Shown: in pieces, positions 22,638 to 35,834 of the stretch
Position numbering within the stretch: position 1 is the stretch's first letter
How the letters are laid out: every line of letters begins with the position of its first letter
Source of the DNA: Sphaerodactylus townsendi
Taxonomy: Eukaryota
Reading direction: 5' to 3'
Assembly: GCF_021028975.2 (NCBI RefSeq)
Contig: NC_059436.1
Span: 35,960,001 to 36,024,000 of the forward strand
Length of the DNA: 64,000 bases
The notes under the pieces: model-generated
What the model was told of the DNA's origin: nothing
The model's input: only the letters and a program-made list of their open reading frames with translations
Databases searched by the model: none
Program-made: the position numbers and the translations under genes

Positions 22638-22734
22638 GTATGGAGTCAACAAGCTGGAGGAGATGCTCCGCCCCCTGGTGGCTGACGGTCTGAAGTGCGT
22701 CCTGATATTTGGAGTCCCCACAAAAGTGGCCAAG
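22638..22734 (+). CDS. ALAD: ALAD coding exon 3 ([32 protein letters not shown])
   Basis: CTTAG/GTGCGG, 97 nt. Confidence 0.95.
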
Positions 22735-22868
22735 GTGCGGAGAGGGACAGTGTGAACCTGTGGGACCTTCCACGTGCATAGCCTGGAGATTCAACGCTTT
22801 GGCTGAGGCCCAGTTCCTCAGTCTATATTCTGTACCTGTTCACTTATATCTTGTCCCCTTCCCAACAG

Positions 22869-23004
22869 GATGAACAAGGCTCTGCGGCCGATGCCAAGGA
22901 CACACCAGCAATCCAGGCTGTCAAGAAGATCCGGTCTGAATTCCCAGAGCTGCTGATAGCCTGTGATGTCTGCCTGTGCCCGTACACATCTCACGGACAT
23001 TGTG
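22869..23004 (+). CDS. ALAD: ALAD coding exon 4 including Zn-binding [13 protein letters not shown] motif
   Basis: AACAG/GTAAGT, 136 nt; three Cys zinc ligands intact. Confidence 0.97.
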
Positions 23005-23675
23005 GTAAGTTCCGAGGGGCACTAGTGCTGTCTGCCCTCTGTTTGCAAGGCCAAGACACTGTTTGGGCTGTGCGTTGGACTAGATGAGGCCAGAAAGGGA
23101 AGAGGCTGTGATCCGGTGTCCTTTGCCATTGTGTCTGCAATAACATTTCACTACAACTATAATTGATAATTTACATTCATTTTTACTTGCTCTGTGAACC
23201 AATTTTTGTTGCTGTTGAAAGGCAAGGTAAAAATAGAAACCAATAATAAATGTCGTATCCGCAGCTAGAAGATTCTGCAACCTTGTATACATTTTCTTAC
23301 AGTCAACAGGATGCAAGACCAATGTTCCTTATTGCATAGGACTGGAGATCTGTGCAGAGAGCACATGTGCTATTTTTTGCCATTTGGGAATACTGATCAG
23401 AGTTTTCTACCCCTTCCTGCCTCCTCTGTTTCTTTTTTCTTGCATTCATTTCAGTCTTAGGGGCTAGAAACCTGGGTTTTGTTTTTAATGTAGGGTAAAA
23501 TGATGTGGCAGCAGCCTGGACTATTTATTCTACAATAGAAGCCTTGACAGGTTATTTAGCTTGGTTCTCACAAGCCTAACTAAAGCAGTGGGAGTAGGCG
23601 GTGAATGATGCCTCTTCTCGTCATATCTGGGACTGGACACTGACTGTTATTTAATGTGTTGATCTTGCCTTTTAG

Positions 23676-23759
23676 GCATCCTTCGGGAAGATGGCACCCT
23701 CCAGAATGAGGCCAGCTGCCGGAGGCTGGCAGAGGTGGCACTGGCCTACGCCAAGGCAG
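23676..23759 (+). CDS. ALAD: ALAD coding exon 5 (GILREDGTLQNEASCRRLAEVALAYAKA)
   Basis: TTTAG/GTGAGT, 84 nt. Confidence 0.95.
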
Positions 23760-24119
23760 GTGAGTGCTGAGTCCATGCTGTTTTGTAGTATATATATTCA
23801 AATGTTGTTGTATGCAATAAACATAAGGAAAGACTGAGTGTATTCAGAAGTCCGTGTGGCATAACAACCTGTTGCCAGCATGGGCCAACCAGATGTCCTG
23901 AAAGATTTAGAAACAGGGCACAGAGGCCAAAGCATCATCTTGTACTTGGTACCTGAGTAACTGGCATTTGAAGATATGCTGCCTCTGAACATGAAGATTC
24001 CATGGATGGGACTTGACCTCCTTGAATTTCTCTAATCCTACATCCTGTTTATCGTGAATTTAATTAAATACTATAGGAAAAAGTGTCAGAAGGTACTCTT
24101 TGAAGGTGATGAGTTAGAT

Positions 24120-24304
24120 CAGTGGTTCTCAACCTTCCTAATGCTGCGACCCTTTAATACAGTTCCTCGTGTTGTGGTGACCCCCAACCCTAACATTTAT
24201 CCATTTTACAGATGGAGTACACTGATGCAGAGAGTCTTAGGTGACCCCTGTGAAAGGGTCGTTCGACCCCCAAGGGGTGCTGACCCCCAGGTTGAGAACC
24301 ACTG
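24120..24304. mobile_element. hAT MITE
   Basis: TIR CAGTGGTTCTCAACC...GGTTGAGAACCACTG; exact 8-bp TSD AGTTAGAT. Confidence 0.9.
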
Positions 24305-24470
24305 AGTTAGATGCAACTAGTTCTGAATCCTCATGATCCCAGGATAATTAGCCACTAAAAGTAACTAACCCTTCAGCCAAGAGACAATGGGACAAAATCT
24401 CTAGCTCTGGGTCTTAAAGAAGAAGCTGAGCTCCGCCAAACACTTACTCTGGTAGCTATAGCCAATAAAA

Positions 24471-25076
24471 TGTTAAAGTGCTGAATTCAGACAGGAGCCC
24501 CAGGACCCAAGAAAATATGATTAATAAGATTTATTAAAAGAACATACAATATAAGAGCGGTAAATAGCAAGGATAAAATAAAGAAAGCTAAATATTTAAC
24601 CTTAAGGCACTTTTGCAAACATTGGTTCTCTAATCCAGATGTTACCTCCTCAAACTGAGTCCAGAGGTTCAAAGTCCAGCAAGTCCCCAACCTGGTTCAG
24701 AATCAAGAAATAATCCAATGGCAGATGTAATCCAAAGGGGTACTGACTAGAATGAAAAACCTTCCTTTATGCCAAGTGGTCTGCATTGGCATGATTCTAG
24801 TTGGCCAGTCGAATGTGTTGCTAACCAGGTGACCTTAACCAATCAGGTGTATTGCCAGCAGGCATCCTAACCAATCTGGTGTGTTGCTACTCTACAGCAG
24901 CGCACAGACCCAGTTAAGCAAGTCACCTTCTCCCACCCAGGAATCCTTGTGCTAATAAGATGGAATTGTATAGTCAAAACTCTCCCAGTTCCTGGCCTGG
25001 AAACTTCCAGGCCTCATGGCTTCACTGGCACCTCTATCAGACTACCATCTCCCCCTCAGCTTGCTGGCTAAAACAT
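24471..25076 (-). mobile_element. Possible LTR-like insertion
   Basis: Starts TGTT; on the minus strand has repeated CCAAT-containing modules (24810-24890), TATA-like CATAAAGG and AATAAA; right boundary and TSD not resolved. Confidence 0.35.
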
Positions 25077-25487
25077 CAGTCAGCATGACCTCAAGTTTCC
25101 AGAGAGAGAGAGAGAGAAGCTGCTATGATTTTATAGGCCCAAAGCCTGAACCATTGTTTCTGGAAAGCCCAAAAGCTTCTAGGCAAGCCAATCTGTTGAT
25201 AAGAAGTGCTTCCTTTATCCTGATTCTATTACCCATCAGCTTCATTATATTGCTAATATTTTGGAAGTGGGAGGCCATTTCCTCCACTTTCTCCCCCACT
25301 ACACACAATTGTATAAACCTTTATAAAAGGTTTATGTTGAAACGTAGAAACAAAGAATCATGCAAGTCCATTTGCCATCCTTGCAATTCGACAATGCATA
25401 ATAAACTGACCGCTATCAAGGTATTAATTGCATAGCTTCACTGTTACTTGAAACCTCTTGTCTCCTTTGTGTTGCTTATTCTTCCAG

Positions 25488-25576
25488 GATGCCATATTGT
25501 GGCCCCCTCGGATATGATGGACGGACGCATCCGTGCAATAAAGGAGGCCCTGATTTCCAATGACATGGGCAACAAG
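25488..25576 (+). CDS. ALAD: ALAD coding exon 6 ([30 protein letters not shown])
   Basis: TTCCAG/GTGGGC, 89 nt; conserved APSDMMDGR. Confidence 0.97.
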
Positions 25577-26012
25577 GTGGGCAATGAGGCAATTGTAAGA
25601 GATTGCAGGCTGCTTACTTGAGCCCCACACCTCATTTGTGTGCCACACCCCTACCTGCAACAAATGTTATGTACACAGGATGATGATGGCTGTGAGCACA
25701 TGGGCTTTTGACTCAACATAACTGCAGAGTATAATTCTTTTCATGTCAGCTTGACCTGAAATGCTGTTTTCCTATCTTCAAGTCATACATTGCAGTGACT
25801 TAACCCTTTCCAAACCCTCAGTAACATTGAAACTTTAGTCGGTTTTCTCTTTCTTCAGGGTTGTGGTAAGTTGATACTACTAAAGCTTTCAGAGCATGAT
25901 TAGGCTCTCGAGGCTCACTGATTGTGATTTTCAAGAGCCTGCGCTGAGGGTGGGGTGGAAAGCTTCAGACTGAAGCCCCTGGCACACCTTCATCTTTCTT
26001 TTTTGGCTACAG

Positions 26013-26068
26013 GTTTCGGTCCTGAGCTATAGTGCCAAGTTTGCTTCCTGCTTCTATGGCCCTTTCAG
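26013..26068 (+). CDS. ALAD: ALAD coding exon 7 (VSVLSYSAKFASCFYGPFR), first Schiff-base Lys
   Basis: TACAG/GTGAGA, 56 nt. Confidence 0.97.
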
Positions 26069-26460
26069 GTGAGACTGTGTTGGGCTTTAGAGTCCATTTC
26101 TGATTTCTGAACAGGAGGGTTTTCGGTTGTCCTGGCAAGCTGGGTAATATTGTAACTCTGGTTTAATCATTGACTGATGTTCTCCAAGCTGAGCAACAGA
26201 CCTGAAAGACCATTTTTAGGCCTATCCCCCCCCCCCCCCCCAAATTCCTGCCCCTGTGCCAAATGTTATACAGCTTCTCAGGACAGAGAGTTATTTTTTA
26301 TTCTGCAAAGTGCTATCAAGTTAGACGCTGTATGGATAATAATGATGATAGCAAAGTATCTGCTGAGAGCGGTGCTGAAAAATCTCTTTCTGGAAGCTCA
26401 TTGGAGATTTTGCCAGTCCCTGCTTTGTTTGTTTTTTAAATCTATTTTCCTTTTCCATAA

Positions 26461-26811
<351 letters not shown>

Positions 26812-27196
26812 TAGCTGCTGCTACATCAGACACTACAAAAAAGCTGGGAAGTCATTGGTTCATTATTCTAAGGGGCTTTGTGTTGGGGAATCTGCTGCCC
26901 TGGCCCTCTTGCAACACAAACTGGAGATCCTCTTAGTGGATTTACTTTGCCTGGGATTGGAGATTAAGGCTGAGGCTGATGCTCAGGGAGTCGACCACTA
27001 GAGATTATGCTGAGGGTATTTTTTCCTTCTGAACCTGACTGTGCTTATTGAGAGCATATTTTTGGGGGGGTGGGATTGGTATTGAAGTAGGAACAACCAT
27101 CAGGTCCTTGCTAACAATAAATGAGAACCCCCTTAATGGCAGAGCATGTGAGTTACATGTGGCAAGATCCCAAGTTTAGTCCCTGCTCTTTAGATC

Positions 27197-27300
27197 CTCT
27201 TCAGATCCTCTGAAGATGCCAGCCACAGATGCAGGTGAAACAGCAGGAGTGAATGCTGCTAGAACACGGCCATACAGCCTAGAAACCACACAGCACCCCA
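27197..27300 (+). mobile_element. Penelope-like terminal-repeat fragment with hammerhead-ribozyme core
   Basis: CCT-CTGAAGA-TGCC...GGT-GAAA; same repeat family at ~50335-50515, ~52340-52500(-), ~57095-57215(-). Confidence 0.6.
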
Positions 27301-27810
27301 CTTCATCCCTGCTGTTAGCAGGAAAGATACTAACACCATTCAGACATAATGCCAAACAATAGCTTGACAGTGTGGCCTTCTCCCCACTTCTTCTGTTTCT
27401 CCCCTTCTGCAGTCAAAGTTAGTTAATGACTGAGTTTAGCACAAGCCATCATTGCTACAATATGAGAATTTGCCCTGGTCTAAAAGACCACATTATGCAC
27501 AGTAATAATCTGAAAGCGCCTCCTCTATGAGAAAGATAAACAAAATGTATAGATCTTCACTGCCTAGTCACCTGGAGGCTTACATGCCTCAAGGGAAAAA
27601 TATGAAAAAAGAAACCCAGCCTCTTATGAAATTTGTTCCTTTTTCCCTCACGAAAGTTGTCGTCCCTAAAAGCTAGTTAACTGGGGAGAGACCCGGTTTG
27701 GTGAGCCAAATGACTTATTGGGATATGGTGTCTGCATATATGCATAGAAGAAGAGACGTAGAGAAACATGGAAGCTCTGCTGTGCCGTGGGCTCTTTTTC
27801 AACATGTTAG

Positions 27811-28053
<243 letters not shown>

Positions 28054-28126
28054 TGATCTTGGGTGGACTAAGGCATTCTGGTCTTTCCAGCATCTTGGAG
28101 GAGCTGTGCATGTGTTTCTTTTTCAG

Positions 28127-28256
28127 CATCCCACCCACCCGCTGGCTGTTTACCATGTCTCCGGGGAGTTTGCCATGCTGTGGCACGGAGCACAAGCTGG
28201 GGCCTTTAACCTGAAAACTGCAGTTCTGGAGGCCATGGCGGGGTTCAGGCGAGCAG
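28127..28256 (+). CDS. ALAD: ALAD coding exon 10 ([43 protein letters not shown])
   Basis: TTTCAG/GTGAGA, 130 nt. Confidence 0.97.
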
Positions 28257-28694
28257 GTGAGAGGAGGAGGAAGATCAGCAGAAGCCAGAAATGCCATGAG
28301 GACCCCTGATGGCCAGGGAGTGTTCTGGTGTGGGCCAGAGTGCCCATTGCCTTCTGGGTTGCTGACATTGCAGTCACAGGCGCTGAACCTCGAATCGTTC
28401 CTTCTGATGTGCTGATGTGATTTGCATATCAATCGTTTTTCTTCAGCACCTACATAAAAATAGTCCCACACAGTTACCCAAAAGACAAGAGTTCTTCCTG
28501 CAGACATTTTATGAGTGCAAAACTATTGGAAGAAGGAGGGGCTACAGCTGAGTGGGAAAGTATTTTTTTTTTATTTTTTAAATTTTTATTGTATCTATAC
28601 CTCGCTCATTCCCAACCGTAGTTGGGCTCAGGTTGGCTTACATGTGTTATACACAGAAGATTCCAAATTCAGTCCCTGGCATCTCCACCTAAAA

Positions 28695-28881
28695 CAGTGG
28701 TTCTCAACCTGGGGGTCGGGACCCCTTTGGGGGGTCAAACAACCCTTTCACAGGGGTCGCCTAAGACTCTCTGCATCAGTGTTCTCCATCTGTAAAATGG
28801 ATAAATGTTAGGGTTGGGGGTCACCACAGCATGAGGAACTGTGTTAAAGGGTCACGGCATTAGGAAGGTTGAGAACCACTG
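28695..28881. mobile_element. hAT MITE (same family as 24120, opposite orientation), nested in a Squam2-like SINE
   Basis: TIR CAGTGGTTCTCAACC; flanks ACCTAAAA/ACCTAAAG. Confidence 0.85.
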
Positions 28882-29442
28882 ACCTAAAGGGTCCTGGGTA
28901 GTCACTGTTAGGAAGGGCCCTTCTCTCCTAGAGACCTTGGCATAAAGTGGCTTATATTCAAAAGAACGGGAAGGACAGAGGACATTTTGAAAAGGGAAGA
29001 AAATTAAAGGGATACCAGAACTTCACAAATAAAATCAAAATATTGGGAGGAGCACCAAAGACATTTAAACCAAGGAATATTGAATGTCAATAAATATTGA
29101 GACTTCTGAAGGTGTGTACAGTTTTAATAACCTAACAATAAAGCTTATACTTGGGATGCAGAAAGTTCTGGGTTGAATCTGGTGCAGTGACCCCTCTTTA
29201 TTTCATTTTGATCTCATCCTTCTTTGGGGGAGCTCAAGGCAGCATGCAAAGATCTCCTTTTATCTTCACAATGACCCAGTGTGGTAGGTTGGATAGTGAG
29301 ATGCCAAAATAACCAAGGAACAACATGGCAGAGCAGGGGTTTCAACTCTGGACTCGATCCAACACTATTTAACACTACGTTAGACCTACAAACAGCTCTG
29401 GTCTGCAATAAAGATTTATTTATTGGGTGTTTTTAATTCCAG

Positions 29443-29510
29443 GGGCTGATATCATCATTACATACTACGTGCCTCAGCTCCTGCAGTGGCTTAAAGAAGA
29501 CCGGGCATGA
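29443..29510 (+). CDS. ALAD: ALAD last coding exon (GADIIITYYVPQLLQWLKEDRA*)
   Basis: TTCCAG acceptor; TGA 29508-29510; exons sum to 1002 nt (333 aa + stop). Confidence 0.96.
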
Positions 29511-30688
29511 AGCATGCATCTCCCTGCTCCCTGGAATGGGAGAACAAAAAGGAACTTGGAAAGGGCTGGCATCAAGTGACCTGCACCACATGGATTTTTA
29601 GAAAATCGAGCAAGACATCAAGATGCAGACAGCATGCCCTCCTGACCGCAGTGCCCCTTAGAAGCCAAAGGAATAATTCCTCCCAAAGTGCTTTTGCAAT
29701 CAATTCCTGAGGCCCTTGAATCCAGCGCTGGTGCTGCAACCCCTTTTATTTTTCAGAGTCAGAGCTATTTCTTCAAAAGATGTTAGGTTTAAAAATGCCA
29801 CAATCAAGGAATAGTTATTTATCCTGCAAAAGCCATTGCTTCATCAGTAATACATTAACTGACATGTTTATATAGCAGGAGCGCCTACTGGTAAGGGGTA
29901 TCATTCAGCTGTGAAGGTCTTGTGGGAATAAGGCTAGCCCTTTCTCTGTGATCCCCTAATTTAAAATCTAGCTGGGATGCTGCTGCTTTTTTATTCCACA
30001 AATTACCAAGTTGTCTAGAAAAGAGGCAAAACCCCCCAAAAAACATTCCACTATCCATCCATGCCAAAATTGCAAAAGAGTGGCTGCAGGTTTGCTTGGC
30101 GTATAAACTTATCCTGTATGTGACAGATGTAGTTATTTTGAGAATATGGGCCACATTTTAGATGGCTTCTACTGTTACCACTACTTTTCCCTGGTAGGGC
30201 TCCTACGTTTTAACCAGCAGTATGACAGATACAAAAATCTCATCAGAATGAGCCTTTTTATACAGAGCAGCTGGTCAAGAAATGGACTATGACTTGATCA
30301 ATTAATTACTAAGTTGTTGAAGTAGACTGCAGAGTGGGGTCATTTGTAGTCCTGGTGAAACCAGTGGGGCCAGGCAGTAAGCAGTTTGTAGCTAAGTGTA
30401 TTACAACTCTGAGTGCACAAGTGTCCTTTCATGTATTTTGACCACTAATGCCCTTGCCTGCCCACCCCCATGTATTTTGACCACTAGTGCACTGGCCTCC
30501 CCACCCCCAAATGCTGTGATTTCTTGAGCAATTAGACTGCACCTTCTACAGAGCCATACTCCAGCGTTTCTTTGTATTATTTTAAATTAAACTTCGGAGG
30601 AAAAATTAAAAATACTATTTTCTTGACGTTGTGGCTTATTTGGTTCTTTAGGAAGTTTTTAGCTCACAGCAGAAAATAGAACTTTTTA

Positions 30689-30980
30689 GAAGAAGAAAAA
30701 TAGTTTGAATTTATACTTAATTTATATTTATAAGGAGAGTCAAAGGGGCTTACCATCTCCTTTCCCTTCCCCCCCCCCAACAAATACCCTATGAGGTAGG
30801 TGGGACTGAGAGAGCTCTGAAGAACTTGAGACTAGCCCAAGATCACTCAGCTGGCATGTGTTGGAGTGCACAGGCTAATCTTGTTCCCCAGATAAGCCTC
30901 CACAGCTCAAGTGGCAGAGCGGGGAATCAAACCCAGTTCTCCAGATTAGAGTGCACCTGCTCTTAACCACTACATCGCTG
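30689..30980 (-). mobile_element. Squam3-like SINE
   Basis: Close to 498-789 copy. Confidence 0.85.
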
Positions 30981-33829
30981 CTGCTGCTCCTTTTAGGGAG
31001 GATATTGCTATGCAGATGGGTTAGACAAGAGGTAGTATGTGGGAGAGGGTGTATGCAGCTGTGTGAAATGGTGGTATGGATGGATGGTGAATCCTGCCTG
31101 CAGGAAATTCTCATCTCTTGCTGTTCCATCTGATTTCACCCAATACTTTAAGATATCTTTTCCATCTTTGAATGTTTTATAATTAATAACATTTCCAAAC
31201 TCCTTTTCTGACTTCATAAGGGCCACTAAAATGGCTAAGAAAACATGCATGATAAAATCACATTTTAAAACCTTTAAAGCCAACAAAAACACATTATTAA
31301 AACTATTAGAACTTAGGGCAGGAAGGAGAAACTACTGCAGTTGGCAACATGTGTTTTGGTTGAACCTTGAAAAAGGAATTCAGAAAGGGATTGTGTTTTA
31401 AGTGACTATTAAACTGGTCAGAAAGGGCCTTTTCCAAGAGAATTCTGGGAATAGTCGATCTTGGAGCATGGTAAGGATTCTCTCCAATCAGTTCTTGATG
31501 CCTTTTCTACCCTGCAGTTCCCAGGGTTGGTTGGTTGGAGGGAGTTGACCTGTAAAGCTTTTTTTCTGACCTGGGTTATCCTGGTCAGAACTATGTTAGG
31601 GTATATTCACCATTTACATTCAGCATTGTTATTAATGTAGGGCACACATCTGGATAAGGCATACGAATTACGGAGCCTTGAAGGGACATCTCTCTATTCA
31701 GTAGAGGTAGAGGAAAGTGCCTTCAAGTCGCAGCTGGTTTTCAAGGTTCATAAGTGGTTTGCCATTGCCTGCCTCTTCATAGCAACTCTAGGTTTCCGCT
31801 AGCTCCCATCCAAATAGACACCAGGACAACCCTGTGCAGTTTCCAGGCTCGGGCTAGCATGGCTATCTAGATCTGGACCAATTAGATTTCTTTCTGAGCA
31901 TATATGCCAAGGGTTGCATGCACTGCAAATGTGTGCGAATCCTTGCCCCTAGAAGCCTTAGCTTATGTTTGTTTTTTCCCCAATCCATATCATATATTGA
32001 AAGTAATCATTTTAGAAGTATTTCTTTTAAAGGAAAAAGAGGACTAGAATCAAACCCAGAAATCATTAATCACTACGTCGTCAAGACATATCCTTGATCA
32101 CACTCTGCACTTTACAATTAATTAAAAAAATTAATTGTAAATGGTACGAAAAAACTTTCTGCTCCCATTTTCATGGAGTTCCTTAAGTTAAGGGAAGGCT
32201 TGAGTGTCCCAGCTATCAGCCACAGGATCATGACACAGGCAGCAATATTATCACATAAACTGTAATAAAAGCCAGAGAAAAGGCACTGGAGATACCTTTG
32301 GCAAAGAATCCACAGAGGACATGAGTGAGGATACCTCAAACTTTGGAAACTGTCCTCTAAGTAGGAAAATGTCTGTTCCAGCCCAAAACACAAGAAAGGG
32401 TTCATAGTTTTTCATTCTGTTTGGCTCCTGCTTCTTCTCTGAGGAGATTGGCTGAGAATATGTGAGTGGGTGCTGGGTCCCAGAAAGCGTTCTGCACCCA
32501 TTAGTTGCATTAAAGCCAGAACTGAACAAGATGAGGCAATTATTTTTCACTAGAACCAGTTAAACATGGGTGGGCCTGATAGTCATCCCTCTGGGTTATT
32601 CACCACTTGAATTTCTTTCTTTTTTTATCCTTTATACATTCCTTGAGGTTTGAATAACAAAAGATGAAAAGGTGGGAAAATAGGGCTCTTTTTCACCTCT
32701 TTCACCTATTAAAACCCATATCTTTAATTGTTCCCCTATACACAGAAATGTAACTGGTACAATTTCTCCTATCATAGCGGCTTCACGGTTGGCAAAGTGT
32801 CACCTGTTGTTTTTCTGGCTGACACGTAGCCTTTAAAATGCACGGGAACACTGCTAGGAACAGCACCTGGTGGGCCACTGCGAGTAGCAGAGTGCTGGAC
32901 TAGATGGACTCTGGTCTGATCCAGCAGGCTCTTATGTTCTTATGTAATTTTGAGCAGTAGGAGACAGGGTTGCCAACTTCCAGGTGGGGCCTGATGTTCT
33001 CCAGGACTTAATGGATTTCCTGGCTACAGATATCCGTTCCCCTGGAGGAAATGGCATGAGAGGATACCACCCAACCCCTGTGGAGGCTCCATTTCCTCCA
33101 CAAATACCACTCCCAAATTTCCAGGAATTTCCAGGTCTGGAGTTGGCAGCCAAATAGCAAATGTACCCAGAAAGACCCCTTCTTAATTTCAACGTGTTCT
33201 GGGTGAAGTCTGAGCTTTCTTGTGACGTTTGACAACTGCACCTTGTGTCCAGATACAAAAGCAAAGATGTTCTCTCTGAGAGCCTGCAGGAACAACAGTG
33301 AGGTTAAACCAGTTGACTTTCTGCCTGCCTAACCTCTCTAAAAAGCACTGTAGGCTGGCAATGCGAGGGACAGCATTAGGGAGAAGTCTGGAGAAAACTG
33401 GAAACCTTTTACAGACTACCTGCTGGAAAAAATATGGTAGAAGAGAAATAATTGCAGGGGATGAAATCTAAAAGAAAACAACAGACTGAAATAGAATATT
33501 AGAAATGATAAAGTGTGGAACTGATAAATTGGTCCATTTTAAGTAGATGCACAAACCTAGAATGGATTGGAATTCCAAAATGAGACAGAGAGAAATCATG
33601 ATTTGGTTATTTTTGTATTTTTGTATTTCATGTTCTTGAATTGTATTGACGTGATGGTGTGAAAGTGATTGTGTATTTGTTTGTTGTTGTTGTGTATGTT
33701 GAGAAAATTAAAAAAATAGTAAAAACAACAACAACCTGTAAGTACCAAAAGTCAATCCTGAATAGGGTTAATCTATTTATTGTCTCTCTTCCCTTTCATT
33801 GGCCAGAGAGCATTACACGTGCAAATAGG

Positions 33830-34210
33830 GCAAAGTGAGGGCGGAAGTGACCCTAGCAAGCGTCATCAAGCGTGTTTCTCACATACGCAGGACACGGAGC
33901 AGCATGAGTTTTGATTGACAGGTAATGAGTTTGGAAGGCTCTTCAGAGGGGGTGGCTGTAACACGCCCCCCCACCCTCCGCCGGTTGTGATTCGGCCGCT
34001 GTGTTTAGCCCCCGGCTAAACACACATCGCCATGCAACGGAAGTGTTCCTAACGGTGCTGCAGTGCAAAGCGGAGGAAAGCAACTTTGCTCTGCACGTGC
34101 TCGGAGACTTTTCTTTTTAAAATACCCGATCCCGACTTGGCAGTGGAAAATAGGATTCTGGCCCAACTTAGCCCCGTGAAAGAGGGCTGGCTTAAATGAG
34201 AAGGTAACGA
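33830..34210 (+). promoter_or_regulatory. HDHD3: HDHD3 CpG promoter / non-coding first exon region
   Basis: Local CpG enrichment; ETS motifs GCGGAAGTG (33841) and ACGGAAGTG (~34037); candidate donors at 33922 and 34204. Confidence 0.55.
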
Positions 34211-34734
34211 TGAACAAGATATTTTGCAGGAGAAAAGGAAGTTGGTCTATCTAGCTCCCTATTGCTCTGAGTGGCAGCTGCTCTCCAGTGTCTCAGGCAC
34301 AGGAAAGCCTTTGCCAAGCTAAGATCATTAAAGGAGCCAGAGATTTGGCTTTGGATCTTTTGAGTTCAAGGGAGTTCTGGGAAGATGACACATATGGCAA
34401 CTCGAGAGCATTCCAGGAGTGAGAGGGGCAGAGGTAGCCTGCCATTGTCTTCCTCTGCATAGCAACCCCAGTCATCTAAGTACAGACTCTGATGAGCTTG
34501 GACTAAGCTGGGCTACTGTTCATAACTGCCTCATGAACTAGACATGATATTTGTATGAGCAGATACAATACGATACCCAATACTGTACCCTTCACCCGCT
34601 GTGATGGGTAGTGTATTCTTCATCCTTACCCCATCTTTAGAAAGAGAGGAAGACTCTGATCAGAGCAGGTACAATGATTGGGCATTGCCTCCAGGGATGA
34701 AGCAAATGCAAGTTTGACTGGTTGGTTGTGTAAC

Positions 34735-35105
34735 ATCATTTCTGGCTCATGCTGAAACTGTGGCTTTGTTCAACCCAACCCTGTACTTTTCTCACCTTTT
34801 CGCCCAACTGGTTTGTCTGCCCTTTCCTGCTGGGTAACTCAGGTTGAAATGGGCATTCTTTAACATCCTGGCCAGGAAAAATGGAGTTGGAAATCTTGCC
34901 AAGAATCAAGAGGTTTAAGAACTCCACTGGCTTTAAGAGCTTTTAGAAACCATAAAGCCATCAAGACTTGCACTAGACTTAATATGATTGTAGAGATTTT
35001 TAAAATTATAGATGGTGCAGAGAAAGTAGATGAAGATAATTTTGCATTACTGACAGTAAAAAAGAATGGATTTTTCACACAACTTGTGGAACTCACTGCC
35101 ATAAG
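34735..35105 (+). mobile_element. Degenerate CR1 LINE fragment
   Basis: Remnants of R...MIVEIFKII.GAEKVD and FFTQ.V..WNSLP-like ORF2 C-terminus. Confidence 0.45.
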
Positions 35106-35834
35106 ATGGGGTTCTTTACTAATTAAGATTTGTTGTACCCCATGGGCTGGGAATTAACCTAGTATATTTTGCAGGTACAGGGGTGGGATCCCAAAATCAA
35201 ACATCATGTAAAATTGAAAGTGTGTTGAAATGAAATGTCAATTTATATATACATTCTAATGTTCTCAAGCAAATCAGAGTTAGAATTGTCTTGATTTTTT
35301 CTCTATTCCTATTAATTTTACCTCTACTAAAAACCATGTTGTCTACTATTTCTTCTGTTCATATAGGGAGGGTAACCCGTTGCATCTCTGCATGAGTCAT
35401 TGGTTTGAGTCACATAGAGTTAAGGATGAAGTTGTCTTCATCATCTGCCTAGTTATTACAACCCACCTTCTCTTTCCCAGACACAACCTCTTCACTGTGC
35501 TTTGCCACTTCAAATCACTCTTAGTGAATTATTAAACAGTTATTCGTTCTGCCTGCTGACCAGATGTCAGTTTCGTAAATCATTATACTTTTAATTTGCA
35601 TTTTACTAGACTGGAACATTCCGTATTGGCAGAGATTGAAGGGTGGCTTTTTTTGGCCTGTTGACTGTTCAGGAGTCAAGGTTAACTTCCCCAAGATCAA
35701 ACTCCTCCTAATCCCACCCATACTCTTTCTCTGTGTTAGGAGGGCTTCAAATCACACCAACAGAAAGGTATGACAGGATTTCTGACATTCCTTCTCCGGT
35801 CTGTCATTCCAGGACATTCAAATGTTATGCCACA

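Noticed and set aside
35733-35834. 34-aa N-terminal extension of HDHD3 from the ORF track
   Set aside because: Starts at GTG inside a splice-acceptor region; similarity to HDHD3 begins at ATG 35835.
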